Shown: positions 23,728 to 32,000 of the stretch, in pieces
Layout of the letters: every line of letters starts with the position of its first letter
Numbering within the stretch: the stretch's first letter is position 1
DNA from: Achromobacter deleyi
GTDB taxonomy: Bacteria; Pseudomonadota; Gammaproteobacteria; Burkholderiales; Burkholderiaceae_B
Direction of reading: 5' to 3'
DNA: 32,000 nucleotides
NCBI GenBank assembly: GCA_040391965.1
Contig: JBEBWV010000032.1
Coordinates: 16,519 to 48,518, forward strand
Program-made: the position numbers and the translations under genes
Notes under the pieces: generated by a model
The model's database searches: none
The model's input: only the letters and a program-made list of their open reading frames with translations
Told to the model about the DNA's origin: nothing

Positions 23728-24708
23728 TCAACCCCATGCCGCAACGGTATTGGCATCGAAGAAGTCCACATGCTTTCCAGGCCCGCCCAAGAAGCCCAAC
23801 GCATTTGCTTTGAGTCGTCGATTTGAACCATTGCCCTCATCCCCGAAGACGCTAACGAAGATCTGCCGCGCACCCGATTTGCGAATCGCCTCAAAAATAT
23901 GCGCGTCGTTCTCGTCCATTGAATGCCCAAGGATAAAGATCGGCGCTGCACTGGCCTCGAGTTTCCGTAGGCAGAAGGTCAGGTACCGGCTGCGATCAAT
24001 TCGCTGTTTCTTCTTTTGATGAGTGGGCTCAGCAACAAACAGCGGAAATCGCGGGGGCTCCATTTCCAGGTTGGCTCGCACCTGTTCGACGATTCCCCCG
24101 CCAACTTCGCCCGTGTACGCCTGTTTCCGAATACCCGTGGGACCTTCGTAAAGATGGAGCCCGCCATGCAGGAAGTGAACCTCCTGCTCGGTCCCATATT
24201 CTTTCCACCGCCGTTCCGCCCGAAATCCGTCATCAGTGTGCCACTCTGGTTCAAGTTCCTGATTTCGAGCCCAATACATTAGAAGGTCGTAATTTACCGT
24301 GAAGACCTGACTAAAGCGTCTTAAAAACGTCCGTACGGCTTGATACTGTGCAATTGTTAGATCACTCGGAAGCCGGGGATGATTGTCTGAAATCGCAACT
24401 AAAAGAGCTCGTTTCAGAATCTCTTGGTCCGTCTTGATATTTTCGATGATTGGTTGCTCAACCGCGTGAACCTCCGCCACCATCTGTGCTGCGAGGAGTG
24501 CGCGCATGACGGCCTCGAAGTCCCAGGTGTTCAGCCGTTCAAATAGTTCTCGTATCTGATTTTCACGGTCTTCAAAGTTCGCGACCTGGAGCAGGCTTGC
24601 GTAGTTGAAAATATCAGCGCTCCAGGCCTGCGAGAAACCATTACCTAGCAAAATTATCGGCTTGCTATTGGGGGCAAGCGCTGCGAACGCTTCGTCAAAT
24701 GTCGGCAT
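23728..24708 (-). CDS. DUF4917-like / SIR2-fold-like protein (AbiH-like N-terminal GNGFS motif)
   Basis: 326 aa. Motifs KPIILLGNGFSQAW, QVFTVNYDLLMYW, VHFLHGGLHLY and PIFILGHSMDENDAHIF. AT-richer than the prophage. Stand-alone gene. Confidence 0.65.
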   Translation of the reverse strand: MPTFDEAFAALAPNSKPIILLGNGFSQAWSADIFNYASLLQVANFEDRENQIRELFERLNTWDFEAVMRALLAAQMVAEVHAVEQPIIENIKTDQEILKRALLVAISDNHPRLPSDLTIAQYQAVRTFLRRFSQVFTVNYDLLMYWARNQELEPEWHTDDGFRAERRWKEYGTEQEVHFLHGGLHLYEGPTGIRKQAYTGEVGGGIVEQVRANLEMEPPRFPLFVAEPTHQKKKQRIDRSRYLTFCLRKLEASAAPIFILGHSMDENDAHIFEAIRKSGARQIFVSVFGDEGNGSNRRLKANALGFLGGPGKHVDFFDANTVAAWG

Positions 24709-25037
24709 GCAAAAGGGGCTGAAATGTTAATAAATCAGGACCGCGCTGAGCTAGTCAAATAGCCATGCGGCAGGACCACTTCTTCGCTTCATCCCATACA
24801 TACTCGCATAAAATTTGCGTCCGGGTAGCGAAGGACTTTTCTTACCTGAAGCTGATCAATGACAGCTCCGTTCAAATCTCAATGGCGGGTTTCTACTAAG
24901 TCCTTGATTTCTGGCAGCGTCGAGTTCCAAACTCAAGGACATTCGACAGTAAAATCGAGAGCATTAGGCAATGAAGACGTCAATGCCACTGGCACTGCCA
25001 GCCAACGCAGCGCGCAGCATCAATTAAGGAGATTTGA

Positions 25038-25271
25038 GTGCATGGATTTTGGAGCACCATATTCATAATTATTTTGGTACTAGCGGCGTTTGTGGCGCTG
25101 TATGAGCCTTATCCACCAGGCGGAAGGCGCCGAAAAAAAAGCTCGAAGGATCGGGAAACACTTTCTGAAATCGACAGCGGAGCTCCGACCAAGGCGCAGC
25201 CCAATCCGCAAGAAACCAACGATACCCTGAAGCGAACCCCAAAGCGCCGCCAGCGGTTCAACGCACACTGA
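25038..25271 (+). CDS. Small membrane protein (77 aa; one TM, then a basic/proline-rich tail)
   Basis: GTG start 6 nt after AAGGAG. TM segment FWSTIFIIILVLAAFVALY. Confidence 0.45.
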   Translation: MHGFWSTIFIIILVLAAFVALYEPYPPGGRRRKKSSKDRETLSEIDSGAPTKAQPNPQETNDTLKRTPKRRQRFNAH

Positions 25272-25506
25272 CATTACTCGTTGGAAAAGAGGTTATTGCT
25301 TATATGAGCCTCATCGCTTTAGAAGCCCGTTACATAGCTTAAATGCCATCATCACTGCAATAGGTCAGCAAGCGCTACTGGAGCAAATTTCCCAGCTTAC
25401 CCTTCGCGTCACACCCCAGAACGTCGCAGCCCGGCCAACATAGCCTCAACCCCTATGTCATACGGATTTTTGGTTGAGGCCTGTCTTTCGTTGCCAATGA
25501 CCCTGG

Positions 25507-26865
25507 TTATACCTTCTCAGCTTGCAAGACTAAAACAAGCTGACCATTACGCGAGCCTTCTGACTTTGCAAAGTTCCAGCCAAACAATCCCTGCGTCGAA
25601 CGTTCACGCTGCACGTCACTCAAGCCCCCCAGAACCACAATCTCGCCGTTTCCCATCGTTAGCGAGGTCGAAAGCTCCCGCTTGTTAAGTGTCGGGTTGT
25701 CTGAGTTGCCTACTGTCGTCTTTACGAAGCTGGAAACTGTTTGCACTATGTCCAGGCCGATCGCGTCACCCCGTATATGAGCCGACACGTCAAAAATTAC
25801 CCCTGAGCTGACGTACTTGAAGCTCTGCGCTGATTGTCCATTAGGGTTAAACAAAATTTCTCCGGCAACAGGGACATCTTGCCCAACTTGGAATCGGGCC
25901 GACCTCCCGTTTTGAACCCTAAGAAATGGTCTGGTCAAGACCTTGAAACGTGAGTCCTCAGAAATCATTGATGCAACGAAGTCCAAGTTGGATGACGTGA
26001 TGGAAAGGCTGCCGCCAGACAACATAGATCCACCGATGGTGACACCCAGCTTTCCTCCTAGAAGATCCGCAATTACCTTCAATGCGGACGCCTCAGTCGA
26101 TGAGTTCGATACCTCATATAGAACGGCTTTGACCATGACGGACGAAGATGGGGTGTCCAAGGCCGCAACGATTTCCTTCAGACGCCCGATTTGCTTTGAT
26201 TCCCCACTGAATACCAACACTTCATCGATCTCGCTAATCGGCAATGATGTTGTAGCAGCGGAGCTACGGCTTCCAGCTAAAGGAAGAGCCACACCCCGGC
26301 CACTATTTCCGTTGGCAAAGACCCCAACGACGAGAGGCGTAGCGACCCGGATCAAATCCGAAACAGAACGATGCCTAGGTTTATATGTGAACACTTTCCC
26401 ATTTCGAGCCGCCTTCTGCTCTTCAGTCAATTCTGGAGGCTTAGCACACACAGTGGCTACTCCTCCAACCATATTCAAAGCCAGTCCATTGGCATCCAGC
26501 AAAGCGACCATCATTGCCCGATCCAACGCTTTTCCCGACGCACGCAGGCTCACGTATCGCGTATCGGACAGTACCTCGGAGCAGATAACATAGGCAGACC
26601 TAGCCACTTCGGAAAAATACAGCTGGATGACTTGAGACAACGGCACCGAAGTTAAGTTGAACCCCACGCTCTCAGACTCGGAGGCCTTCGAGTTCAACAG
26701 ATGTTCAATGCTCTCAAACTTGGCCAGTTCCGCAGCACTCCACCGATCTGGATCAACATAGACGTGTCCAGCAACGGGACCTACCTTGGGATCAATACCT
26801 GGTAAGGGCTGGCCAAGAGCGGCTCGAATAAAAAACATAGCAATAATTACAACAAAAAATCGCAT
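25507..26865 (-). CDS. Secretin, phage pIV-like
   Basis: 452 aa with a signal peptide. Secretin C-domain patterns VMVKAVLYEVS, RPFLRVQNGRSARFQVGQDVPV and TLNKRELSTSLTMGNGEIVVLGGL. Confidence 0.85.
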   Translation of the reverse strand: MRFFVVIIAMFFIRAALGQPLPGIDPKVGPVAGHVYVDPDRWSAAELAKFESIEHLLNSKASESESVGFNLTSVPLSQVIQLYFSEVARSAYVICSEVLSDTRYVSLRASGKALDRAMMVALLDANGLALNMVGGVATVCAKPPELTEEQKAARNGKVFTYKPRHRSVSDLIRVATPLVVGVFANGNSGRGVALPLAGSRSSAATTSLPISEIDEVLVFSGESKQIGRLKEIVAALDTPSSSVMVKAVLYEVSNSSTEASALKVIADLLGGKLGVTIGGSMLSGGSLSITSSNLDFVASMISEDSRFKVLTRPFLRVQNGRSARFQVGQDVPVAGEILFNPNGQSAQSFKYVSSGVIFDVSAHIRGDAIGLDIVQTVSSFVKTTVGNSDNPTLNKRELSTSLTMGNGEIVVLGGLSDVQRERSTQGLFGWNFAKSEGSRNGQLVLVLQAEKV

Positions 26866-26889
26866 ACTCAGCCCCTATCGCCAGAGTGA

Positions 26890-27915
26890 TTAGTCAACAA
26901 ATGGAGCCGCATCGATTTTTTTGGATGAATGCTCACCAGCGAGAAAGGCTCCCGTGCCGCTATAGCCATATGTGGAGTCATAGACGAACCGTCCCGACCG
27001 ATCCACTACGACAACAAACCTAGACCCAGGCAATGTCACCACGCCACCTATACGAAGATCACGCCGTAAAAGTTCTGGAGCCTTAGTGGCAGCACTAGAC
27101 GATTGGGGTGCCGCTCGAGAGGAAGGAAAAACCGCCACCTCCCCCTTAGTTTTCGGTGCTGCTGGATGAAAAAAACCCCACAAGAACCAAAATGAGTACC
27201 CGCTCGCACCGCACAGAAGAAGACACAACAGCCACAGCCGAGGGTTGTTGAACACGTTTTGACGAGAATCGACAGCCACTTCAGTACCACCAACACCCGC
27301 ATAGCTCTTGTAGAGAGGAAAAATTTGCTTGTCGTAACGCGTAACCCTACGACCGACTAGGCAACTTTTCGTCTGCTTTCCGCCTTCCCAAAATTCAATG
27401 CGATAGGACCGATTCAGCCCAAGCGTTTTGAGCTTTGTCGTCCTAAAATTGATTTCGACAACAGCCCGTAATAGGCGATGAACGTCTCCTATTGCCTGAA
27501 ATACAAGAGCCAAATCACACGAAACACCCGTGTCCGCATGGCTGAAATGCCGGTGCATACGAAAGAACTGCATGTGCTCAGGCGAGAGTTTTTTGTCCGT
27601 GGACCAAAACCGCCACGCTTCGTCAATAACCACCATATCTCCTGCTTTCACAATAGAGGGCGCGTCTTGGTTCGCCCCGTCCGGAAAAAAACCCGGCTTT
27701 GATACGTCCTCGTCAGAGACATGAACAATTGAACCCAACTCCTCCTGGTGGTTTGGGTTCTTCTTCCGAAGATAAGCGTGAATCTTTTCCTCGCTGATGC
27801 CATCAATGTTAGTAACGATCCGGCGGCTCTTTAAGACAGCCGGAACAATCACGTTCAGCGTCACTTCGAAAGACTTTCCGGACCCCATGACTCCCGTATA
27901 AACGTTGACAGCCAT
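26890..27915 (-). CDS. zot: Zot / pI-type assembly ATPase
   Basis: MAVNVYTGVMGSGKSFEV (Walker A), VVIDEAW (Walker B) and a C-terminal TM segment. Confidence 0.9.
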   Translation of the reverse strand: MAVNVYTGVMGSGKSFEVTLNVIVPAVLKSRRIVTNIDGISEEKIHAYLRKKNPNHQEELGSIVHVSDEDVSKPGFFPDGANQDAPSIVKAGDMVVIDEAWRFWSTDKKLSPEHMQFFRMHRHFSHADTGVSCDLALVFQAIGDVHRLLRAVVEINFRTTKLKTLGLNRSYRIEFWEGGKQTKSCLVGRRVTRYDKQIFPLYKSYAGVGGTEVAVDSRQNVFNNPRLWLLCLLLCGASGYSFWFLWGFFHPAAPKTKGEVAVFPSSRAAPQSSSAATKAPELLRRDLRIGGVVTLPGSRFVVVVDRSGRFVYDSTYGYSGTGAFLAGEHSSKKIDAAPFVD

Positions 27916-27918
27916 GGC

Positions 27919-28209
27919 TCATCCAATAATCGGAATTCGACGGATTGCGAACCGCGTCACACAAGCGCTAAAAACCATGGAGAGCCCAGCTGGCACCTGG
28001 AACACATCCATGAAATACATCATCGAAGGAGGCAAAGTCGCAAAGGACCTAAAGACAGAATCGCTAGAAGGTAGTAGCGCAGAAACGATGACCTCAGTGA
28101 ATTCAGTCGTGATAAAGAACAGCGCAAAGAAGACGACAAACTTGACCAGGACAGACTTAACAAGCCAGCCCACCACAGTAAATAGTGCTGAAAGCAAGAT
28201 CGAAAACAT
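27919..28209 (-). CDS. pVI-like minor coat / membrane protein (DUF2523-like)
   Basis: 96 aa and strongly hydrophobic. Lies between the pIII-like and zot genes. Confidence 0.6.
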   Translation of the reverse strand: MFSILLSALFTVVGWLVKSVLVKFVVFFALFFITTEFTEVIVSALLPSSDSVFRSFATLPPSMMYFMDVFQVPAGLSMVFSACVTRFAIRRIPIIG

Positions 28210-28211
28210 AG

Positions 28212-29663
28212 TTACGCCCTCAACACGATGAAGAGTGCAGTGATCGACCAGGACAGAATCATCGCAAGCTGTATCAATGCCCTGTTTTCCTCCATAAGCA
28301 CGCAGTGGTGATCCATCACATACGCTGTGTCAAATAGTGAAATTTCACCTATCGGACAAACACCGACACTGCCTGAAAAGCTAGCGTTCTTAAGCTCAGG
28401 ATAGATATTCAAAATCGGCTCAAGAATCATCTGGGCCGTTGGAATTTTTTCCAGTGGCGGTGCTCCGACATTCGGATCGGGCCCCCAGTCCACCTGAGCC
28501 CCATCCGGGTTGCCTGGGATGACCACGGGTGGCGTTGTTGTTCCATCGGTCGGCAAGTACTGCTCAGGCATCGGGAGCGGAACCACTGTCGCCGCCGGTG
28601 GCGCAATCGCTTCCGTCAGGTCCCTGATCGTGGGCCTGGAAAGACCAGGGTTCTCGGCAAAAACTTTCGATACATCAGAAGGCCGCACGAGCGGCTGGGA
28701 GGGTGCCCAAGGCCAATACCCTGGCTCTCCCTTAAGCTCGTCCGTAGCAGCCTTGTGCGCCGAATTGGCAAGCCCGGCAAGCCACACATCAGAAAGAGGC
28801 TGATCAAGCTTCTCATCGGGAAGCCTCATTAGCTGCTCTATAGCATCGTCAATCGGCTTTTCCACGACCTCAGGTGGCCCTTGATCGACGTAGCCGGAAG
28901 CAGGCTGAAATTCCCAAAGCTGCCTTTTTCGCCGATTGCTTGGATCTGAAATATACGCAAACTCAGCAATCCGGACCCATGAATCCCCGCCAGTCACATA
29001 TGGACCGGTCATGGTCCCATCAACCTTGGTCTCCGAATAAGGAAAACCAGATCCTGCTATCGAGCAAGTACCAATTGGATTGTCGCAAGGCAAAATGAAT
29101 ACCTGCACACGAGTGACTTTGGGTGGCGCAGACGAGCCTGTTGCAACGTTCACCCAATAGCTGCCTTGGCCGTGAGCCTCAACAAATTCTTTTCTGCTTG
29201 AAAAAGAGTTCACCAAAGGCAGAGCGCTGGAATCAGCACCGGCTTGTTCCACTCGAATGACATCACGGTTGTCGGTCAAAACCCAGCTCAAACCTTCGAC
29301 CAAACCGTATGCGCCACCCACCCCACCGACAGTTCCCAAACCGGCATAGACTGCCGTTTTTGCCCAAGGAAGTGCTTGAATAGAATGTCCTAGGCTCGAC
29401 ATTCGTCCGGCTAGCCCTCTACCGACCGCAACCACCGTCGACAGCATCCTGGGATCACGAGCTGCGTAACCCCCAGCTCGCATTCCCCAAGGCAAAGCCG
29501 CTCCAATAAATGCACCAATCCGGCCTGCTCCAAAAAGCAGCGGCAGAAACGCATGCGCTGGAGGCACCAGCGTCAACATCTGAAAGGCAAGCATTAACCC
29601 CGCAATCCAACGACGATTAGCGCGCCGCATACGATTCCCCATACGAAAAAAATCATGCTCCAC
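28212..29663 (-). CDS. pIII-like adsorption / minor coat protein
   Basis: 483 aa. Signal-like MRRANRRWIAGLMLAFQMLTLVPPAHA (alternative start at 29630), proline-rich linker and C-terminal TM anchor. Lies after the major coat gene. Confidence 0.6.
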   Translation of the reverse strand: MEHDFFRMGNRMRRANRRWIAGLMLAFQMLTLVPPAHAFLPLLFGAGRIGAFIGAALPWGMRAGGYAARDPRMLSTVVAVGRGLAGRMSSLGHSIQALPWAKTAVYAGLGTVGGVGGAYGLVEGLSWVLTDNRDVIRVEQAGADSSALPLVNSFSSRKEFVEAHGQGSYWVNVATGSSAPPKVTRVQVFILPCDNPIGTCSIAGSGFPYSETKVDGTMTGPYVTGGDSWVRIAEFAYISDPSNRRKRQLWEFQPASGYVDQGPPEVVEKPIDDAIEQLMRLPDEKLDQPLSDVWLAGLANSAHKAATDELKGEPGYWPWAPSQPLVRPSDVSKVFAENPGLSRPTIRDLTEAIAPPAATVVPLPMPEQYLPTDGTTTPPVVIPGNPDGAQVDWGPDPNVGAPPLEKIPTAQMILEPILNIYPELKNASFSGSVGVCPIGEISLFDTAYVMDHHCVLMEENRALIQLAMILSWSITALFIVLRA

Positions 29664-29747
29664 AAGGACACTGAAATCCCCTCAAAAGAGCGTCTCGAAG
29701 CCATGAAAAAGGGGCACGCACGCCCCTTTCCCTGTAACTGGATGGCC

Positions 29748-29975
29748 TCAGGCCCCCTTTACGGCACGCATAATGAACTGCACCCCCTTCCAGGCCAAAT
29801 GCACACTTATCATGACCGCAGCAACCGCCATAAGGCCGGTGACAATACCCTCAACGGTCACAGAGCCGGTCAAAGTCGAAAAATCCGGTGGATTTCCACC
29901 AGCGTCTTGGGCAAGTGCGACTCCAGAAACTCCCAAAGAGCCGATCGTAGTAATCATTTTCTGAACAAATTTCAT
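29748..29975 (-). CDS. Major coat protein (pVIII-like)
   Basis: Signal peptide MKFVQKMITTIGSLGVSGVALA. The mature part has an acidic N-terminus, a hydrophobic core and a basic C-terminus (WKGVQFIMRAVKGA). Confidence 0.75.
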   Translation of the reverse strand: MKFVQKMITTIGSLGVSGVALAQDAGGNPPDFSTLTGSVTVEGIVTGLMAVAAVMISVHLAWKGVQFIMRAVKGA

Positions 29976-29987
29976 AGTTTCATCCAA

Positions 29988-30137
29988 TTAAGAACGGGGT
30001 GGAAATGGCCCCCCGAAACGGCCTAGAACACGATGGAAACCGCAAACAAAAATCGAAAAAAATCCCAACACGGCAAGAATTAAAATGGCCCAAAGAAAAA
30101 GGTCCGCCATACTCAACAAAAAATCCCATATCGCCAT
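29988..30137 (-). CDS. Small hydrophobic protein (49 aa), pVII/pIX-position minor coat candidate
   Basis: Not in the ORF track. My translation is MAIWDFLLSMADLFLWAILILAVLGFFSIFVCGFHRVLGRFGGPFPPRS. AAGGA RBS 8 nt upstream. Stop abuts the coat gene. Confidence 0.5.
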   Translation of the reverse strand: MAIWDFLLSMADLFLWAILILAVLGFFSIFVCGFHRVLGRFGGPFPPRS

Positions 30138-30163
30138 TCCCAGTTCCTTTGCTGAATCTTTAA

Positions 30164-30427
30164 TCAAAACGTGCGAACAGCTCTAACCAAAGTTCCAATC
30201 AGCCAAGATACGAACCAAATTGATACGGTGGCCGTCAATGATGTGAAAAAAAATGATCTCGCCGCCTCAGAATCAAATGGCTGCAAGAACTCCGATATGG
30301 CGCTCGCCTCAGCGGCAGGAATGACATAAACATCCTGTATTGCCTGCACAAACCCATCCGCGCATGGCCCTTGAGAACCAAGATTTCCCTGCACACAAAC
30401 GACGATGGAAGAAAATGCGCCTGCCAT
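30164..30427 (-). CDS. Hypothetical small protein with C-terminal TM (87 aa)
   Basis: ORF in the inovirus small-gene block. TM segment VSIWFVSWLIGTLV. Confidence 0.5.
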   Translation of the reverse strand: MAGAFSSIVVCVQGNLGSQGPCADGFVQAIQDVYVIPAAEASAISEFLQPFDSEAARSFFFTSLTATVSIWFVSWLIGTLVRAVRTF

Positions 30428-30624
30428 CAGCGTTCCTCTTCTTGGCAGCGAACGAAAACAATATCTGCGTCGTCGGCATGCCCAAAGACGAGGTCACGCG
30501 CCAACTCTTCGCTACACAATCCACGAGAAATTGCATGGCTGAGACTTTGGGTCCAAGTGACGTAGCCATCGTCCGGAACTAAGAACGCCCCTGAATCCCT
30601 GCTTTGAACTAGAAAAAGGCGCAT
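30427..30624 (-). CDS. Hypothetical small protein (65 aa)
   Basis: ORF abutting the next gene. No motif. Confidence 0.45.
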   Translation of the reverse strand: MRLFLVQSRDSGAFLVPDDGYVTWTQSLSHAISRGLCSEELARDLVFGHADDADIVFVRCQEEER

Positions 30625-30639
30625 TGCCGCCTCCGTCGA

Positions 30640-30945
30640 TTAGGCAGCAGTAGTTTTACGAAGAGATACTGGCTTCAAATCCACGACTTGCGTGCGCGAC
30701 GCACGCCCGTTGGTCACAATTTCCAAAGTGGCATCACACATGATGGGAAAATCAAGATGTTTGAACTTGTCAAACTCTTCTGCCAAGCCAAAGTTATATT
30801 CAGCAACCGCCTTTCCTTTCGCAGTTCCTTTGCTACCGTCAAGATCGACAAGGGCATAAATTTTGCTCGAATCAAAGTCCTTGCCCTCGTATGTTCCTTT
30901 ATTCCCTTTCATTCCAACGACTTCAATCAGCGCTTGAAATTTCAT
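30640..30945 (-). CDS. Putative ssDNA-binding protein (gV-position)
   Basis: 101 aa, beta-rich and Lys/Gly-rich, immediately downstream of the Rep gene. Assigned by position. Confidence 0.5.
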   Translation of the reverse strand: MKFQALIEVVGMKGNKGTYEGKDFDSSKIYALVDLDGSKGTAKGKAVAEYNFGLAEEFDKFKHLDFPIMCDATLEIVTNGRASRTQVVDLKPVSLRKTTAA

Positions 30946-30959
30946 CCTATTTCCTCGTT

Positions 30960-32000
30960 TTAGATGGCGCCCGACAAAGCGTTTTCAGCGGGTGGCGCTA
31001 GCCCCACTACGCGTAGAATTTCTTCGTGTTGTGCAAGGCGCAACCGCCGCGGCAAACCTTGCACGCCAACTATTAAGCGTTCAACGATGTTCTGTGCCTC
31101 CAGTCCAGCATCGACGAATAGCTTCACCAATTTTCCGTAGCCAATCCTTGCGTAATCGGTAATATGCGAAAGGCTTAGGGCTACGGAAGTTCGGAAAGTA
31201 GTAACTCTCTCAATTCGAGAAGAATTGGCCAGATCCGCAAGGTACTTATTTGCCCCAGAAAAATAAGCCGCAGGGTCCAACAAAGCGTCGATTGGGATAC
31301 GCCGATTTACGCTTCGAAGCTCCAGCTCAATGCGGAACCAGCCCTGCTTACGAGCCAACTGCATAGACTTTTCATATCCGCGAATTAACTTTCCGTTCTC
31401 GCGTCTGCCGACATGACAAGTGGAACCCCGTCGCTGATCTTCAATATTCCAAAGCGAAGGTGACACCCCCCGCGAGGGCTTAAACAAGCCTTGCTCGTAA
31501 GCCTCACGCATAGCCAGATAAGAGCTTTCGCCTTCAAAGCAGTCGCGAGCTAAGTCAACACGGCTCAAATGACTGACTTCAAATTCCAGCAAGAGCTTAT
31601 GAATTTCGTGATTCAGCCAAGAACCACTGGCCAGCCAACCTGCCGCCGGTATCTGGCAATGAACCATCCCCTTTTGGGTGCTCCCACCAAACCACACGGC
31701 GCTCAGCAATGTGTCTGAGCTTTTGATTCGCAGGCTAGATTTATAGAAATGAGCTCCTGTACCTTCTTCAATTTTTCCGCCCAATAGAGCAGCAAGCCGT
31801 TCACCGACCTGCCAGGCCAAACTGCTAACAGTCATATCGTCATGGCTTTTGCTGCGAATGCTGAAGGACAAGTAGTCAACGTGAACAAGACCTTCCGATT
31901 GACGCTTCTTGCATTTCAACCAAATCTCAGTTCCATCCGTCTCTAGATCTTCAGAGTCTTCGCAGATATCGTTGACCTGACTCATTTCTATTTGCCCCAT
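30960..32000 (-). CDS. Rolling-circle replication initiator (Rep_trans / gene II-like); start at or beyond the window edge
   Basis: Motifs LSRVDLARDCF, HVGRRENGKLIRGYEKSMQL and WFRIELELR are typical of replication initiation factor family proteins. Confidence 0.8.
   Translation of the reverse strand: MGQIEMSQVNDICEDSEDLETDGTEIWLKCKKRQSEGLVHVDYLSFSIRSKSHDDMTVSSLAWQVGERLAALLGGKIEEGTGAHFYKSSLRIKSSDTLLSAVWFGGSTQKGMVHCQIPAAGWLASGSWLNHEIHKLLLEFEVSHLSRVDLARDCFEGESSYLAMREAYEQGLFKPSRGVSPSLWNIEDQRRGSTCHVGRRENGKLIRGYEKSMQLARKQGWFRIELELRSVNRRIPIDALLDPAAYFSGANKYLADLANSSRIERVTTFRTSVALSLSHITDYARIGYGKLVKLFVDAGLEAQNIVERLIVGVQGLPRRLRLAQHEEILRVVGLAPPAENALSGAI

Larger units (their letters stand above)
25507..32000 (-). 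mobile_element. Filamentous (Inovirus-type) prophage core module; continues beyond the right edge
   Basis: Canonical order Rep, ssDNA-binding protein, small hydrophobic proteins, major coat, pIII-like, pVI-like, Zot/pI, pIV secretin, all on one strand. AT-richer composition. Confidence 0.85.

Noticed and set aside
24820-24850. dif-like XerC/D site (ACTCGCATAAAATTTGCG) as the inovirus integration site
   Set aside because: Only the GCATAA part resembles the XerC arm. No XerD-arm TTATGTTAAAT-like half is present, so the match is too weak.
25943-26655. Plus-strand ORFs 25943-26593 and 26371-26655 inside the secretin gene
   Set aside because: They are antisense to a gene with clear secretin motifs, and have no RBS or motif of their own.
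1-32000. CRISPR arrays, rRNA genes, IS elements / transposases
   Set aside because: A read by eye of both strands showed no regularly spaced repeat array, no rRNA-like sequence and no transposase-like ORF with terminal inverted repeats.

Overview
The window holds two unrelated prophages side by side, with cargo genes between them, in GC-rich (probably beta- or gamma-proteobacterial) DNA.

**1) Positions 1-23588: right-hand part of a lambdoid, HK97-type temperate prophage.**
- Head and packaging module on the minus strand: major capsid (partial, GTG start, missed by the ORF track), ClpP-like prohead protease, portal, TerL, TerS and HNH.
- An AT-richer plus-strand cargo island follows: hicA/hicB, a 3-TM protein and a HEPN/Abi_C-type protein.
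- Minus-strand early-right operon: Cro-like, CII-like, Ref-like HNH nuclease, O-like replication initiator with in-gene iterons, DnaC-like loader, VRR-NUC nuclease and a gene in the Q position.
- Immunity region: a long CI/LexA-type repressor followed by two co-oriented unknown genes.
- Five copies of one 10-bp operator core lie at two loci about 2.2 kb apart.
- Plus-strand early-left operon: it starts with a sigma70-like promoter, a perfect boxA and about 760 bp of poorly coding leader. Then come SSB, RdgC, many small unknown genes, a DUF4224 Xis-like gene and a tyrosine integrase.
- The element ends at a 3' fragment of a tRNA-Met(CAT) gene, which I read as the att core, plus the tRNA terminator.

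**2) Positions 23728-24708:** a stand-alone DUF4917/SIR2-like gene.

**3) Positions about 25038-32000 and beyond:** a filamentous (Inovirus-type) prophage, all on the minus strand.
- Gene order: Rep_trans RCR initiator, gV-like ssDNA-binding protein, small proteins, major coat, pIII-like, pVI-like, Zot/pI and its own pIV secretin.

**Candidates for undescribed biology:**
- the TM + HEPN cargo pair;
- the rex-like pair behind cI;
- the DUF4917 gene;
- a reverse-oriented cassette of four small genes, two of them clear paralogues;
- the boxA-containing non-coding leader.

All family assignments come from reading motifs by eye. No database search was run.
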